From an uncultured Lachnospiraceae bacterium (GTDB taxonomy: Bacteria; Bacillota; Clostridia; Lachnospirales; Lachnospiraceae): a DNA stretch of 64,000 nucleotides. The notes under the pieces were generated by a model. It was not told the origin of the DNA. It did no database searches and saw only the letters and a list, made by a program, of their open reading frames with translations. The position numbers and the translations under genes were made by a program. This document shows, piece by piece, positions 18,163 to 28,704 of the stretch. The stretch lies in the NCBI GenBank assembly GCA_900554205.1, contig USGM01000005.1:2230-66229 (forward strand). Reading direction: 5' to 3'. Position 1 is the first letter of the stretch. Each line of letters begins with the position of its first letter.

Positions 18163-19939
18163 GAAAATAATTGCTGTGATCCGCACCCTGTTTCCGACGG
18201 CGGCGCGCAGGTATCCGATGTTCTTTGTCATGGAAGGCTTAAAAACAGTCATCAGTATTTTACAGCCGTTCCTTGGCATTCTGGTGACACCGCTTCTGGT
18301 GGATGAATTGTGCAATGCGCGCAGCGTGGAGCGGATCGTGCAGTATGTCGCCATTATTGTCGTTGGAGAATGCCTTCTGCAGACGGCAGCTTCCTGGCTG
18401 GATACGGCATTGCAGAAGTACCAGCAGCGGCTGGACAATTACTTTTCCATGCAGATGGGAAGGCATTCCATGGGGCTGGACTTTCAGCTGACGGAGGACA
18501 AGAAGGCGCTGGATCAGCTCGAGAAGGCGAAAACAGGCATGGCATGGTACTCCGGCGGCGTTTACGGGATCGCGGAGCAGGTCTTTATGTTCTTCGGCAA
18601 CTGTTTCAAGATTGGCGGCTTTGTCACGCTGATCGTTGTAAATGCACCGGTGCTGCTGGCGGTGATTCTTGTCTATGCCCTGATAGGCCTGTTCATCACG
18701 AACAAGTGCAACAAAATTGAGCTGGCTGCCTACGGCAGCCTGTCAAAATTAAACAGACTGTTCAGCTATTTCGGATGGGAGATTGTGGATTTCCGGTACG
18801 GAAAGGACATCCGGCTGTACCAGGCGCGGGAGCTGATGCTGCACAAGTGGAAGACGAACACCGACGCGAGCATCGGCGTGTGGAGGCAGCAGGGGGATTC
18901 CACATATCCCCATCAGATGATCCGCAGCGCTGCCGATGTTGTGCGGCAGCTCATCACTTACGCCTATGTCGGCATATTGGCGATACGAAAGGTCTTCTCC
19001 ATCGGTATTTTTACGCAGATGATCGAGACGGCGGGGGCGCTTGACGCGACGCTGGGCGGGCTGACATGGAATATCACCGAACTGATCAAACGCTGCAATT
19101 ATGCCTATGAATATGTGCTGTTCATGGAGTACCCGGAGGCGATCCCGAAGGGCACGGCGCAGGTGGAGAAGAAGCAGCACCGCATTGAATTCCGCAATGT
19201 GACCTTTTCCTACCCCGGAACGGATAAGAAGGTGCTGGACGGTATCAATATCACGGTGGAGCCGGGAGAGCATCTCTCTATCGTAGGCTTGAACGGAGCG
19301 GGAAAGACGACCTTTATCAAGCTGCTGTGCAGGCTTTACGATCCTACCTCGGGGGAGATCCTGCTGGATGGGAAGAATATCAAGGACTATGATTACGCAG
19401 AATATATGGAGCAGTTTGCGCCGGTATTTCAGGACTTTAAGCTGTTCGGCTTCACAATGGGAGAGAATGTGCTGCTGAAGGAAACAGAGCTTCAGACGCC
19501 GGAGGAACGACAGAAGCTGGATGCGCTGTTAAAGCAGGTGGAGCTGGACGGAATGGTCGGCAAATTGTCCAAGGGAGCGGATACCACGCTCTTTAAGATG
19601 TTTGAGGAGGACGGTGTCGAACCCTCCGGCGGAGAACAGCAGAAGCTGGCGATTGCGCGTGCACTATACAAGAACGCGCCGGTCATCATCCTCGATGAGC
19701 CGACGGCGGCGCTTGACCCGATTGCGGAGTACGAGATCTACAGACAGTTCCACACGCTCGTCGGGGACAAGACGGCATTCTACATCTCACACCGCCTGTC
19801 GAGCTGTCGTTTCTGTGACCGGATAGCGGTATTCTCGGACGGAAAGATTGCAGAGTACGGAAGCCATGACGAGCTTGCGGCTGTTCCGGGCGGAATCTAT
19901 GCTAAAATGTTCGAGGCGCAGGCACAGTATTACCGGTAG
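18155..19939 (+). CDS. ABC exporter, fused permease + ATPase (heterodimer subunit B)
   Basis: TM helices; GLNGAGKTT, PSGGEQQK, LDEPT, ISHR. Confidence 0.9.
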   Translation: MLKKIIAVIRTLFPTAARRYPMFFVMEGLKTVISILQPFLGILVTPLLVDELCNARSVERIVQYVAIIVVGECLLQTAASWLDTALQKYQQRLDNYFSMQMGRHSMGLDFQLTEDKKALDQLEKAKTGMAWYSGGVYGIAEQVFMFFGNCFKIGGFVTLIVVNAPVLLAVILVYALIGLFITNKCNKIELAAYGSLSKLNRLFSYFGWEIVDFRYGKDIRLYQARELMLHKWKTNTDASIGVWRQQGDSTYPHQMIRSAADVVRQLITYAYVGILAIRKVFSIGIFTQMIETAGALDATLGGLTWNITELIKRCNYAYEYVLFMEYPEAIPKGTAQVEKKQHRIEFRNVTFSYPGTDKKVLDGINITVEPGEHLSIVGLNGAGKTTFIKLLCRLYDPTSGEILLDGKNIKDYDYAEYMEQFAPVFQDFKLFGFTMGENVLLKETELQTPEERQKLDALLKQVELDGMVGKLSKGADTTLFKMFEEDGVEPSGGEQQKLAIARALYKNAPVIILDEPTAALDPIAEYEIYRQFHTLVGDKTAFYISHRLSSCRFCDRIAVFSDGKIAEYGSHDELAAVPGGIYAKMFEAQAQYYR

Positions 19940-19962
19940 GGAATGCGGCACAGAAGAAAAAA

Positions 19963-20832
19963 CTATTTTTTACTTGAAAACTGTGCCTGATAGTTCCTCG
20001 GGGATTGGCCAATCTGTCTTGTGAAGGTTCTGGAAAAATGTGAATAATTGTTAAAGCCGCTCATAAAGCAGGCATCACAGGGAGAATAGCTCTCGCGCAG
20101 ATATTTTTGTGCCAGAGCTATTTTTTTTGCAATGATGTATTGCTGGAGCGTGGTTCCGGTTTCCTTCTTAAAAAGGCGGTTGACGTAGGTTGCATTATGG
20201 TGGACATGCTCGGAGATACTTTGCAGGGATATCTCCCCCGTAAGGTGAGTGTTAATATATTGAAAGGTATCTGTTATCAGCTTTGACAGATGATTCCGGT
20301 ATTTAGGCGTTGCCGTGGAGGAGACCAGGCGGTTTGCATATACCAGAAGCTGACACATTAAACTGCTTGACAGCACATCCGAACCAAATTCATTAGAGGA
20401 GAGTGAGTTGTGTAAAGAATTGGCATACTCGCAGTATTTTATTATTTCCCGTTCGCTGAGATGGATAATGTTGGCCATCAGGGCAGGGGTTCGGAAAAAG
20501 CATACCGATAAATCAGTCATGTTTGTGGATAATTCTTTCATAACAGGTTCCCTTACACTGATGACAATTCTTTGATATTCATCAGGAAGGAGCGCAAAGG
20601 AACCGTGAAAGATATATGGCGGGATGAGAATCAGGTCGCCACGCGATAAGAGGTAGCTTTGGTTATCCATAAGAATGTTTAATTGACCATTCAGAATCAA
20701 TGTCAGTTCATACCCATCATGATTATGAAAAAAAGAGGTGGAGCCTACGCACATATTTTCACAGCCGTTTTTTATTGCACAGGAAATATCGGCTTCTATT
20801 GCCGAAAACAATTTCTTATAGAGTCGTTCCAT
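19963..20832 (-). CDS. AraC family regulator with cupin sensor domain
   Basis: HNHDGYE cupin motif; C-terminal GFNNYSHFSRTF...SPRNY. Confidence 0.9.
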   Translation of the reverse strand: MERLYKKLFSAIEADISCAIKNGCENMCVGSTSFFHNHDGYELTLILNGQLNILMDNQSYLLSRGDLILIPPYIFHGSFALLPDEYQRIVISVREPVMKELSTNMTDLSVCFFRTPALMANIIHLSEREIIKYCEYANSLHNSLSSNEFGSDVLSSSLMCQLLVYANRLVSSTATPKYRNHLSKLITDTFQYINTHLTGEISLQSISEHVHHNATYVNRLFKKETGTTLQQYIIAKKIALAQKYLRESYSPCDACFMSGFNNYSHFSRTFTRQIGQSPRNYQAQFSSKK

Positions 20833-20955
20833 TGTAATCTCCCTTCGTAGGATATGTTTTTATTTTATTATAAAAATCTGGACTTGACGTTGGATGATTT
20901 TACTAAATTTCAATTAAATAATTTAGAATATATTAACAATATGCCGAACTATTTG

Positions 20956-20987
20956 TCAATATATGCAAAAAGAATATCAATATATGC
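20956..20987 (+). promoter_or_regulatory. direct repeats, probable AraC binding half-sites
   Basis: TCAATATATGC at 20956 and 20977 (21-bp period) between divergent araC and sugar ABC genes. Confidence 0.55.
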
Positions 20988-21062
20988 GTTTTTGCTGCGT
21001 ATACTTTGGTGCTATGATGAATGAGTGGATGAGAAATATGTTTTCAAAACAGGGGGTTGGTT

Positions 21063-22013
21063 ATGAAGAAACAAAATAGTAATAAACAACACAAAACACC
21101 TAGAAATTTCAGCCGTACATGGAACAAGGTGTGGAATTATAAATGGGTCTACCTGATGCTTGTTCCGGTTATGCTGTATTACATTGTGTTCAAATATATT
21201 CCGATGTATGGTATTACCATTGCGTTTAAGGATTACAACGTTTTTGAGGGAGTACTGAAAAGTCCGTGGTGTGGCTTCAAGGTCTTCGAAAAAATTTTTT
21301 CCAATAAAAATTTCTGGCATGCAATCCGAAATACCTTAATTTTAAATTTTGCGACTCTGGCGGTAAGTTTTCCGCTGACCATTATTGTTTCGCTTATGCT
21401 GAATGAGGTCTTCAGCGTGAAATTCAAAAAGGTTACACAGTCGGTTCTGTATCTGCCGCACTTTGTGTCATGGGTTGTTGTTGTCGGCATTGCCAATAAT
21501 ATGTTCCAGCAGCAGAGTGGCACTATCAATAATATTCTGGCGGGAATGGGACTGAACCGGATTCCGTTTCTCAGTGACAATGGATGGTGGATATTTACAT
21601 ATATTATCTGTAATGTCTGGAAAGAGATCGGCTGGGGAACCATAATTTACCTCGCTGCGCTGACCGGTGTAGATGAAAGCCTCTATGAAGCGGCATATCT
21701 TGATGGAGCGACGAAGTTCCAGCGATTGATTTACATTACCCTGCCGTCTATCAAATCGGTCATTGTCACAATGCTGATTCTCCAGATTTCCAAAATGATG
21801 ACGATTGGACTGGATGCACCGCTTCTGTTGGGCAATAGCAAGGTTATGGGGGTTTCCGAGGTTATCAGTACCTATACCTACAGGATTGGTATCGAGAGGG
21901 CAAAATACAGTGATTCAACGGCCATCGGTCTGTTCCAGTCGGTAATTAATATTCTTATTCTGTTTCTTGCGGACAAATTTGCCAAGGCCATAGGCGAAGA
22001 CGGAATTATATAA
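21063..22013 (+). CDS. carbohydrate ABC transporter permease (LplB-like)
   Basis: YLPHFVSWVVV and EAA motif LYEAAYLDGA. Confidence 0.9.
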   Translation: MKKQNSNKQHKTPRNFSRTWNKVWNYKWVYLMLVPVMLYYIVFKYIPMYGITIAFKDYNVFEGVLKSPWCGFKVFEKIFSNKNFWHAIRNTLILNFATLAVSFPLTIIVSLMLNEVFSVKFKKVTQSVLYLPHFVSWVVVVGIANNMFQQQSGTINNILAGMGLNRIPFLSDNGWWIFTYIICNVWKEIGWGTIIYLAALTGVDESLYEAAYLDGATKFQRLIYITLPSIKSVIVTMLILQISKMMTIGLDAPLLLGNSKVMGVSEVISTYTYRIGIERAKYSDSTAIGLFQSVINILILFLADKFAKAIGEDGII

Positions 22014-22031
22014 AGAAGGAGAGCAAGAGAA

Positions 22032-22910
22032 ATGGGTTTGAAAAAGAAAAGAAAAATTAAATTAGGAACTATTGTGAATTATCTTTTACTTGCTCTTTTG
22101 GCATTTGTATGTCTCTATCCGTTTTTAAATGTGCTGGCTTACTCGGTGAGCGGATATAATGCGGTACTGTCAAACAGGGTGACGGTTTATCCAATTGACT
22201 TTACGCTGGAAGCCTACAGGCAGATACTTGGAAGAACACAGATTTGGATGGCGATGCGTACAACTGTGCTGATTACGCTCGTGGGTACACTGCTCAGTCT
22301 GGTATTGACGGTATTCGCCGCATATGCCCTGTCGCGGCAGGATCTGCCTGGCAGGAAGGTGTTTACAGTCATTATATTATTCACCATGTATTTTGGAGGT
22401 GGCATGATCCCGACCTTCCTTGTGGTAAAGGGTGTGGGGCTTTATGACATGCTTGGAGCATTGTTTATTCCCCAGTCCATCAATGTATTCAATTTCATTG
22501 TCATGCGGACATTCTTCAGAAATCTGCCGGAAAGTCTGGAGGAGGCAGCGAGAATTGATGGAGCTTCCCATATGCAGTCACTGGTAAAAATTATTCTTCC
22601 GCTGTCGCTGCCTATTTTGGCAACAATCGGATTGTTCTATGCAGTGGGATATTGGAATTCGTATTTCGATGCACTGCTTTACATCCAGAGTCCGGAAAAG
22701 TATACCCTGCAGCTGCGGCTGAGAGGTCTGCTCTTCGGAGAAGAACTGAATAACTCAGGGGCAAATCTGGAAGGCATTGGCACCCAGGTAATGACGCAGT
22801 CATTAAAAATGGCAACGGTAGCGGTATCTACCATACCGATTCTGATCGTTTATCCATGGCTGCAGAAGTATTTTGTAAAGGGTGTTATGATTGGCTCGGT
22901 AAAAGGATGA
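22032..22910 (+). CDS. carbohydrate ABC transporter permease (LplC-like)
   Basis: MYFGGGMIP, LEEAARIDGA and YPWLQKYFVKGVMIGSVKG. Confidence 0.9.
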   Translation: MGLKKKRKIKLGTIVNYLLLALLAFVCLYPFLNVLAYSVSGYNAVLSNRVTVYPIDFTLEAYRQILGRTQIWMAMRTTVLITLVGTLLSLVLTVFAAYALSRQDLPGRKVFTVIILFTMYFGGGMIPTFLVVKGVGLYDMLGALFIPQSINVFNFIVMRTFFRNLPESLEEAARIDGASHMQSLVKIILPLSLPILATIGLFYAVGYWNSYFDALLYIQSPEKYTLQLRLRGLLFGEELNNSGANLEGIGTQVMTQSLKMATVAVSTIPILIVYPWLQKYFVKGVMIGSVKG

Positions 22911-22974
22911 TGTTGGAACCGAAAAGGTTTAACATAAAAAAACGAATTGAAAAGTAAAAGGGAGGAGACGTAGA

Positions 22975-24606
22975 ATGAAGAAAAAATTATTAACCTGTCT
23001 GCTGGCAATGTCCATGATGTGTACGTGCTTCACAGGCTGCGGAAAGGAACCGGGGTCGTCTGGAAATGTTGAAAGTACACAGGGAAACAGCGGAGCCAGC
23101 TCTGCAGAGGAAAGCAAGTATCAGACCACGTACGGTTCCAAAATGTTCGATGATGTTACCATCACCGTCGAGCTGTTTGACAGAAGCAATGCTCCGGAAG
23201 GCTCTACTATCACAGACAACCGTTGGACGAGATATGCGAATGAGCAGATGGAGAAGGTTGGTATCCATGTTGAGTTCGTTCCGGTTGGAAGATGGGATGA
23301 GGTGACAAAGATGCAGACTATGGTTGCATCCCAGACAGCGCCGGACATCACCATTACCTATACATATGCGTATGCCGAGGACTATTTCAATAATGGCGGT
23401 ACATGGGATCTGTCCGAGTTTATTGATGGCAGCGATCAGGCACAGAACATGAAAGCATATCTGGGTACTGATGTCATTGATATCGGAAGAAACAGAAATG
23501 GCAATTTATATGGTATTGTAGCTAAGCGTGCAACAACAGCAAAATCGAATCTGTTTATCAGGAAAGACTGGCTGGATAAGCTGAATCTGAAGGAGCCTAC
23601 CACACCGGATGAATTATATGACACTCTGTACAAGATGGTGTACGAAAATCCCGATGGTAAGAAGGATGTCATTGGTGCAATGGTTTGGAATGCATGGAAT
23701 ATGAAGACTGCGTTCTCTAAGACGGTAAGCGATCCTGTAGAGTTTGCGATTGCCGGAAGCGAGGATGCCATTTCCGAGTACTATGATGAGGGTATGCGCG
23801 ATTATTACAGATTCATGAATAAGATGTATAATAACGGTCTGTTGAATCCGGAATACTACATCATGTCCGAGGATCAGTTCAAGAGCTATATTGTTACAGG
23901 AACCAATGCATTCATGGAATATGCTGTAAACGGCAGCGTTGACGTTATGAGAGGTTCCCTGCTGAAGACATTACAGGAAAATGTACCCGATGCAGATTTT
24001 GTGGCACTGGAGCCGCTGAAAAACATTCATGATGGCAAGCAGTATAGTGCAACGTATGCAGCTGGAGGTCTGATTGCATTCTGTCCCAAGACAGCGGATG
24101 CGGAAAAAGTGGAAGCATGTATGACATATCTTGACTGGATGTGTTCTAAGGATGGCGGATTTGTTTTCTATCATGGATTTGAAGGTGAGCATTTTGAATA
24201 TGACCAGAATAAGGTTCCTGTTGTAAAGGATGCTGAATACAATGCTCAGGATAAGGACTGGATTCGTGCTGACATTTTCCTTACCGGAAATCAGGGATAT
24301 TTTGCAACAGTAGATGACTTCAATGCATGTACAGCTTTGGAGGCGCCGGGCTACGAGGATCATGTAATCCGAAATTATGAGAATGCCATGATTGGCACCC
24401 TGTGTCATGATTCTACTTATACTTCACCCTCTACCTCTGAATTAATTACAGATTTGAATCTGGTAAAGGATGAGTATCAGGTTAAATGTATTACCTGTCC
24501 GGAAGCAGACTTTGAGGCAACCTATAGCGAATATATGGCAGCCCTTGAGGATGCAGGTGTGCAGACAGTAATTGCAGAAAGAAAAGAATACTATTCAGGA
24601 AACTAA
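22975..24606 (+). CDS. carbohydrate ABC substrate-binding lipoprotein
   Basis: Lipobox FTGC, IRKDWLDKL..PTT.DE and HGFEGEHF motifs. Confidence 0.88.
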   Translation: MKKKLLTCLLAMSMMCTCFTGCGKEPGSSGNVESTQGNSGASSAEESKYQTTYGSKMFDDVTITVELFDRSNAPEGSTITDNRWTRYANEQMEKVGIHVEFVPVGRWDEVTKMQTMVASQTAPDITITYTYAYAEDYFNNGGTWDLSEFIDGSDQAQNMKAYLGTDVIDIGRNRNGNLYGIVAKRATTAKSNLFIRKDWLDKLNLKEPTTPDELYDTLYKMVYENPDGKKDVIGAMVWNAWNMKTAFSKTVSDPVEFAIAGSEDAISEYYDEGMRDYYRFMNKMYNNGLLNPEYYIMSEDQFKSYIVTGTNAFMEYAVNGSVDVMRGSLLKTLQENVPDADFVALEPLKNIHDGKQYSATYAAGGLIAFCPKTADAEKVEACMTYLDWMCSKDGGFVFYHGFEGEHFEYDQNKVPVVKDAEYNAQDKDWIRADIFLTGNQGYFATVDDFNACTALEAPGYEDHVIRNYENAMIGTLCHDSTYTSPSTSELITDLNLVKDEYQVKCITCPEADFEATYSEYMAALEDAGVQTVIAERKEYYSGN

Positions 24607-24612
24607 GTTTTT

Positions 24613-24647
24613 AAGAGCCGTCTTCATGCGAATGAAGGCGGCTCTTT
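24613..24647 (+). terminator. intrinsic terminator
   Basis: AAGAGCCGTCTTCAT-gcga-ATGAAGGCGGCTCTT. Confidence 0.8.
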
Positions 24648-24785
24648 CAGGCTGGATACATACTATGCCACGAGAAAATTTGTGTCTTTTGAGAAACAGT
24701 GCTTTGTTGATACTTCTGTCTGGCTATGGCTGATGGTATAATGGGTATAAATCAGCCGTTAGATAGTGACAGGAGGAGAGTAAAT

Positions 24786-25298
24786 ATGCAGGGGAGAGAG
24801 CCTGTGCTGACACATGTGAAGCATGAATTTGATCCGGTCTTTGACGGGCAGTCGGAGGTTCTGATCCTCGGGACGCTGCCTTCGGTAAAGTCTCGAGAGC
24901 AGAAATTCTATTACGGGCATCCGTGCAACCGTTTCTGGGAGGTGATCGCCGGACTTTACGGTGAGAGGCGCCCGGAGACGATTGAGGAGAAGAAGGCGCT
25001 TTTGCTGGCGCATCACATTGCGCTGTGGGATGTTATCGCGGAGTGTGACATTGAGGGCTCCAGCGACAGCTCGATCAGGAACGTTGTGCCGACAGACCTG
25101 TCAATCATTCTGGAGCATGCGCCCGTCCGCCGGATCTTTGCCAACGGGACGAAGGCGTATGAACTGTATCAGAAGTACTCTTACCCGAAGACGGGCATGG
25201 AAATCTGTAAGCTGCCCTCCACCAGTCCCGCCAATGCGGCATTCCGGATGGAAAGGCTGCTGGAAGCATGGGGCGAAATTAAGGTGGAAAAAAGATAA
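24786..25298 (+). CDS. DNA-deoxyinosine glycosylase (UDG superfamily)
   Basis: LILGTLPSVKS, FYYGHPCNRFW, SSDSSI and LPSTSPANA. Confidence 0.85.
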   Translation: MQGREPVLTHVKHEFDPVFDGQSEVLILGTLPSVKSREQKFYYGHPCNRFWEVIAGLYGERRPETIEEKKALLLAHHIALWDVIAECDIEGSSDSSIRNVVPTDLSIILEHAPVRRIFANGTKAYELYQKYSYPKTGMEICKLPSTSPANAAFRMERLLEAWGEIKVEKR

Positions 25299-25344
25299 AT
25301 TTACCACTTGACAGCGCTAAACTAAATGTGGTAAATATAAGTAA

Positions 25345-25609
25345 ACCAGTGATGGAGAGTAAGTAGTTTCCAGCCGGACCGTTACAGAGAGCTGCAGCAG
25401 GTGGAATTGCAGCACGGAAGCAGAAATGAATGGGCTCCAGAGGGCGAGCTGAAAGCAGTAAGCAAGCCGGAGAAGATACTCCGTTATCAAGAATCGGCAT
25501 ATGATAGTATGCGTGAGAGGATACCTGTACAGGTATCAAGCAGGGTGGCACCGCAGGAGCATATCAGACTCTTGTCCCGGCAGTAGTTGTTGGGATAGGA
25601 GTCTTTTTT
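25345..25609 (+). promoter_or_regulatory. T-box leader, tryptophan specifier
   Basis: AGAGA and GGTGGAA stem I motifs, specifier TGG at 25431-33, AGTA and CCGTTA elements, T-box AGGGTGGCACCGC (25542-54), terminator 25568-25609. Confidence 0.9.
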
Positions 25610-25670
25610 GATATCAAAATCCTTATCCCGTGATCAGATTTCATTGCGAGAGCGCAGAAAGGAAAACAGT

Positions 25671-27050
25671 ATGAGCGAAGAAAAGAAGATCCCCTACAAG
25701 ATTTATCTGGATGAGAACGAGATGCCGAAGCAGTGGTATAATGTCCGCGCGGATATGAAAAACAAGCCAGCACCGCTTCTGAATCCCGGAACCTTACAGC
25801 CGATGGGCTATGAAGACCTGCGGCCGGTGTTCTGTGACGAGCTGATCAAGCAGGAGCTGGACAATGACACTCCTTACATTGACATCCCGGCAGAGATTCT
25901 TGATTTTTACAAGATGTATCGTCCGTCTCCACTGGTGCGTGCGTACTGTCTGGAGAAGGCGCTGGGAACACCCGCGAAGATTTATTATAAGTTTGAGGGA
26001 AACAATACAAGCGGCAGCCATAAGCTTAATTCGGCGATCGCACAGGCGTATTACGCGAAGAAGCAGGGACTTAAGGGTGTCACAACGGAAACCGGAGCAG
26101 GTCAGTGGGGAACCGCGTTGTCCATGGCATGCGCTTATCTGGGACTGGACTGCAAGGTCTATATGGTAAAGGTCTCCTATGAGCAGAAGCCATTCAGAAG
26201 AGAGGTCATGAGAACCTATGGAGCGGAGGTGACACCGTCCCCGTCCACGACAACAGAGGTTGGCAGGAAGATTCTTGCTGAGCATCCGGGAACGACAGGC
26301 AGCCTTGGCTGCGCAATCTCCGAGGCGGTGGAGGTCGCAACCCATACAGAGGGCTATCGCTATGTGCTCGGAAGCGTGCTGAATCAGGTGTTGCTGCATC
26401 AGTCGGTGATCGGACTGGAGAGCAAGATAGCCCTTGACAAGTATGGCGTGAAGCCGGACATCATCATCGGCTGCGCCGGAGGCGGCTCCAACCTTGGCGG
26501 TCTGATCTCACCGTTCATGGGCGAAAAGCTCAGAGGAGAGAAGGATTACCGCTTTATCGCCGTGGAACCGGCATCCTGCCCGAGCTTTACCAGAGGAAAG
26601 TTCGCATACGATTTCTGCGATACCGGAATGGTCTGCCCGCTGGCGAAGATGTACACGCTGGGCAGCGGCTTCATTCCTTCCCCTAACCATGCCGGCGGAC
26701 TGAGATACCATGGCATGAGCTCCGTACTTTCCCAGCTGTATGCCGACGGGCTGATGGAGGCGGTTGCTGTGGAACAGACAAGTGTGTTCGAGGCAGCCGA
26801 GCAGTTTGCGAGGATCGAAGGTATTCTTCCAGCGCCTGAGAGCAGCCATGCGATCCGCGTTGCAATCGACGAGGCATTGAAGTGCAAGGAGACAGGCGAG
26901 GAGAAGACGATTCTCTTCGGACTGACCGGCACAGGCTACTTCGATATGGTTGCTTACGAGAAGTACAACAATGGCGAAATGACGGATTACATTCCTACAG
27001 ATGCCGACCTTGCGGTAGGCTTTGCAGGACTTCCCAAGGTGGAGGGCTGA
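25671..27050 (+). CDS. trpB2: TrpB-like PLP enzyme (tryptophan synthase beta type 2)
   Basis: SGSHKLNSA PLP lysine, TETGAGQWG, GGGSN, HAGGLRYHG, PAPESSHA; downstream of a Trp T-box. Confidence 0.92.
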   Translation: MSEEKKIPYKIYLDENEMPKQWYNVRADMKNKPAPLLNPGTLQPMGYEDLRPVFCDELIKQELDNDTPYIDIPAEILDFYKMYRPSPLVRAYCLEKALGTPAKIYYKFEGNNTSGSHKLNSAIAQAYYAKKQGLKGVTTETGAGQWGTALSMACAYLGLDCKVYMVKVSYEQKPFRREVMRTYGAEVTPSPSTTTEVGRKILAEHPGTTGSLGCAISEAVEVATHTEGYRYVLGSVLNQVLLHQSVIGLESKIALDKYGVKPDIIIGCAGGGSNLGGLISPFMGEKLRGEKDYRFIAVEPASCPSFTRGKFAYDFCDTGMVCPLAKMYTLGSGFIPSPNHAGGLRYHGMSSVLSQLYADGLMEAVAVEQTSVFEAAEQFARIEGILPAPESSHAIRVAIDEALKCKETGEEKTILFGLTGTGYFDMVAYEKYNNGEMTDYIPTDADLAVGFAGLPKVEG

Positions 27051-27080
27051 TTACAGAACCCGGAATTGATATAGACATAC

Positions 27081-27116
27081 AAAACCCCGCGGAGCAAATG
27101 CCTCGCGGGGTTCTTT
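27081..27116. terminator. bidirectional terminator between convergent genes
   Basis: AAAACCCCGCGG...TCGCGGGGTTCTTT. Confidence 0.75.
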
Positions 27117-27126
27117 GCGGATTAAC

Positions 27127-28539
27127 TTAGAATTTCTTTGCTCTTGCATCAAGATACTTCTTTGTCTCGGCAACGACAACACCATTCAGGGCGAGTAGCG
27201 CAATCAGGTTCGGGATCGCCATGAGTCCGTTGAAAATATCTGCGATTGTCCATACAGCCTTCACGGTCATGTAGGGTCCGATAAATACGCAGAAGATGTA
27301 GAGCCAGCGGTAAGCCTTGAGCACCTTCGGCTTCTGACCTACAAGGTATTCAAGACATCTCTCGCTGTAGTAGTCCCAGCCGAGAATGGTGGTAAATGCA
27401 AAGAATACCAGACAGATCATTAGGATAAAGGAAGCAACGCTGGGGGAGAAGGGAAGTCCCTCCTGGAATGCCTTCGTTGTGACATCCACACCATCCAGAC
27501 CGATGTTCCATGTACCGGTAATGACGATTGTAAGACCAGTCATCGTACAGATGATGAGCGTGTCGATGACAGTACCCAGCATGGAGATAAGTCCCTGCTG
27601 TGTGGGGGATTCGGTCTGAGCAGCAGCTGCGGCGATCGGGGCGCTTCCGATACCTGCCTCGTTGGAGAAGATACCGCGGGCGATTCCCTTCTGGGCAGCG
27701 ACCATGACAGCGCCGAGAGCACCGCCTGCGACAGCGCGCATGCCGAATGCACTCTGTACGATGGTTACAATGGCAGAAGGAATGGCGCGGAAGTTGAAGA
27801 TCAGGATCAGCAGGCAGGAAAGAACATAAGTGATTGCCATGAAAGGAACGATTACCTGTGCAACACTCGAGATTCTCTTCAGACCGCCGATAATGACGAG
27901 TGCAGTGCAGATTGTCAGTATAATACCGGAGATGACAATACTCCAGGAGTAATCCATGCCGAACAGCTGGATTGTATGTGCATTCTGCGGGTCGAAGAAG
28001 TTATGTACAGCGCTGGTGATACCGTTAATCTGCGTGAAGGTTCCGATGCCGAACAGACCTACGCATACGCCTAAGAATGCAAAGATCTTTGCAAGCCATT
28101 TCCAGTTCTTTCCCATTCCGTTTTCAATATAATAGAACGGTCCGCCGATAATGTGTCCGTCCTCCGCCTTGACACGGAATTTCACTGCGAGGAGACACTC
28201 GGAGTATTTGGTTGCGGTTCCGACCAAAGCTGCGATCCACATCCAGAAAAGTGCGCCGGGACCGCCTGCAACCAACGCTGTCGCAACGCCGACGATGTTA
28301 CCGGTTCCGATGGTTGCGGAAAGAGCGGTACAAAGTGCAGCAAAGCTGGAAACCTCACCGTCTTTGCCAGACTTTTCGTTGGCAAGCATATGCTTGATTC
28401 CGTGCGGAAGCTTGGTAATCTGAAGAAATTTCAGACGGACGGTCAGGAAAATTCCTGTTGCCAGAATTAGGATGATCAGGGGAAGTCCCCAGACGAAATC
28501 ATCCACCTTGCCTAAGAAGTTGCTGATAGTATCTAACAT
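27127..28539 (-). CDS. alanine/glycine:cation symporter (AGCS family)
   Basis: ATIGTGNIVGVA, GGPGALFWMW and GIFSNEAGIGS; start MLDTISN at 28539 (the longer ORF runs through the riboswitch). Confidence 0.92.
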   Translation of the reverse strand: MLDTISNFLGKVDDFVWGLPLIILILATGIFLTVRLKFLQITKLPHGIKHMLANEKSGKDGEVSSFAALCTALSATIGTGNIVGVATALVAGGPGALFWMWIAALVGTATKYSECLLAVKFRVKAEDGHIIGGPFYYIENGMGKNWKWLAKIFAFLGVCVGLFGIGTFTQINGITSAVHNFFDPQNAHTIQLFGMDYSWSIVISGIILTICTALVIIGGLKRISSVAQVIVPFMAITYVLSCLLILIFNFRAIPSAIVTIVQSAFGMRAVAGGALGAVMVAAQKGIARGIFSNEAGIGSAPIAAAAAQTESPTQQGLISMLGTVIDTLIICTMTGLTIVITGTWNIGLDGVDVTTKAFQEGLPFSPSVASFILMICLVFFAFTTILGWDYYSERCLEYLVGQKPKVLKAYRWLYIFCVFIGPYMTVKAVWTIADIFNGLMAIPNLIALLALNGVVVAETKKYLDARAKKF

Positions 28540-28622
28540 ATTCCCTCTCATTCTGCCGCTTACTGTGGCTGTGTAGTAGATTGATTTCTTCCGAAGAGAA
28601 TGGGAACATGCACTTTTCGGTG

Positions 28623-28704
28623 CTCTGTCCTTTTGCCTGAGAGATAGGCAGTTGTAATAACTGCTGTACACCTTCGGCGCTTCCTGACGGAAGACTCTCC
28701 AGAG
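28623..28704 (-). promoter_or_regulatory. glycine riboswitch (single aptamer)
   Basis: Minus strand CTCTGGAGAG...CGCCGAAGGTG...CTCTCAGGCAAAAGGACAGAG upstream of the AGCS gene. Confidence 0.9.
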
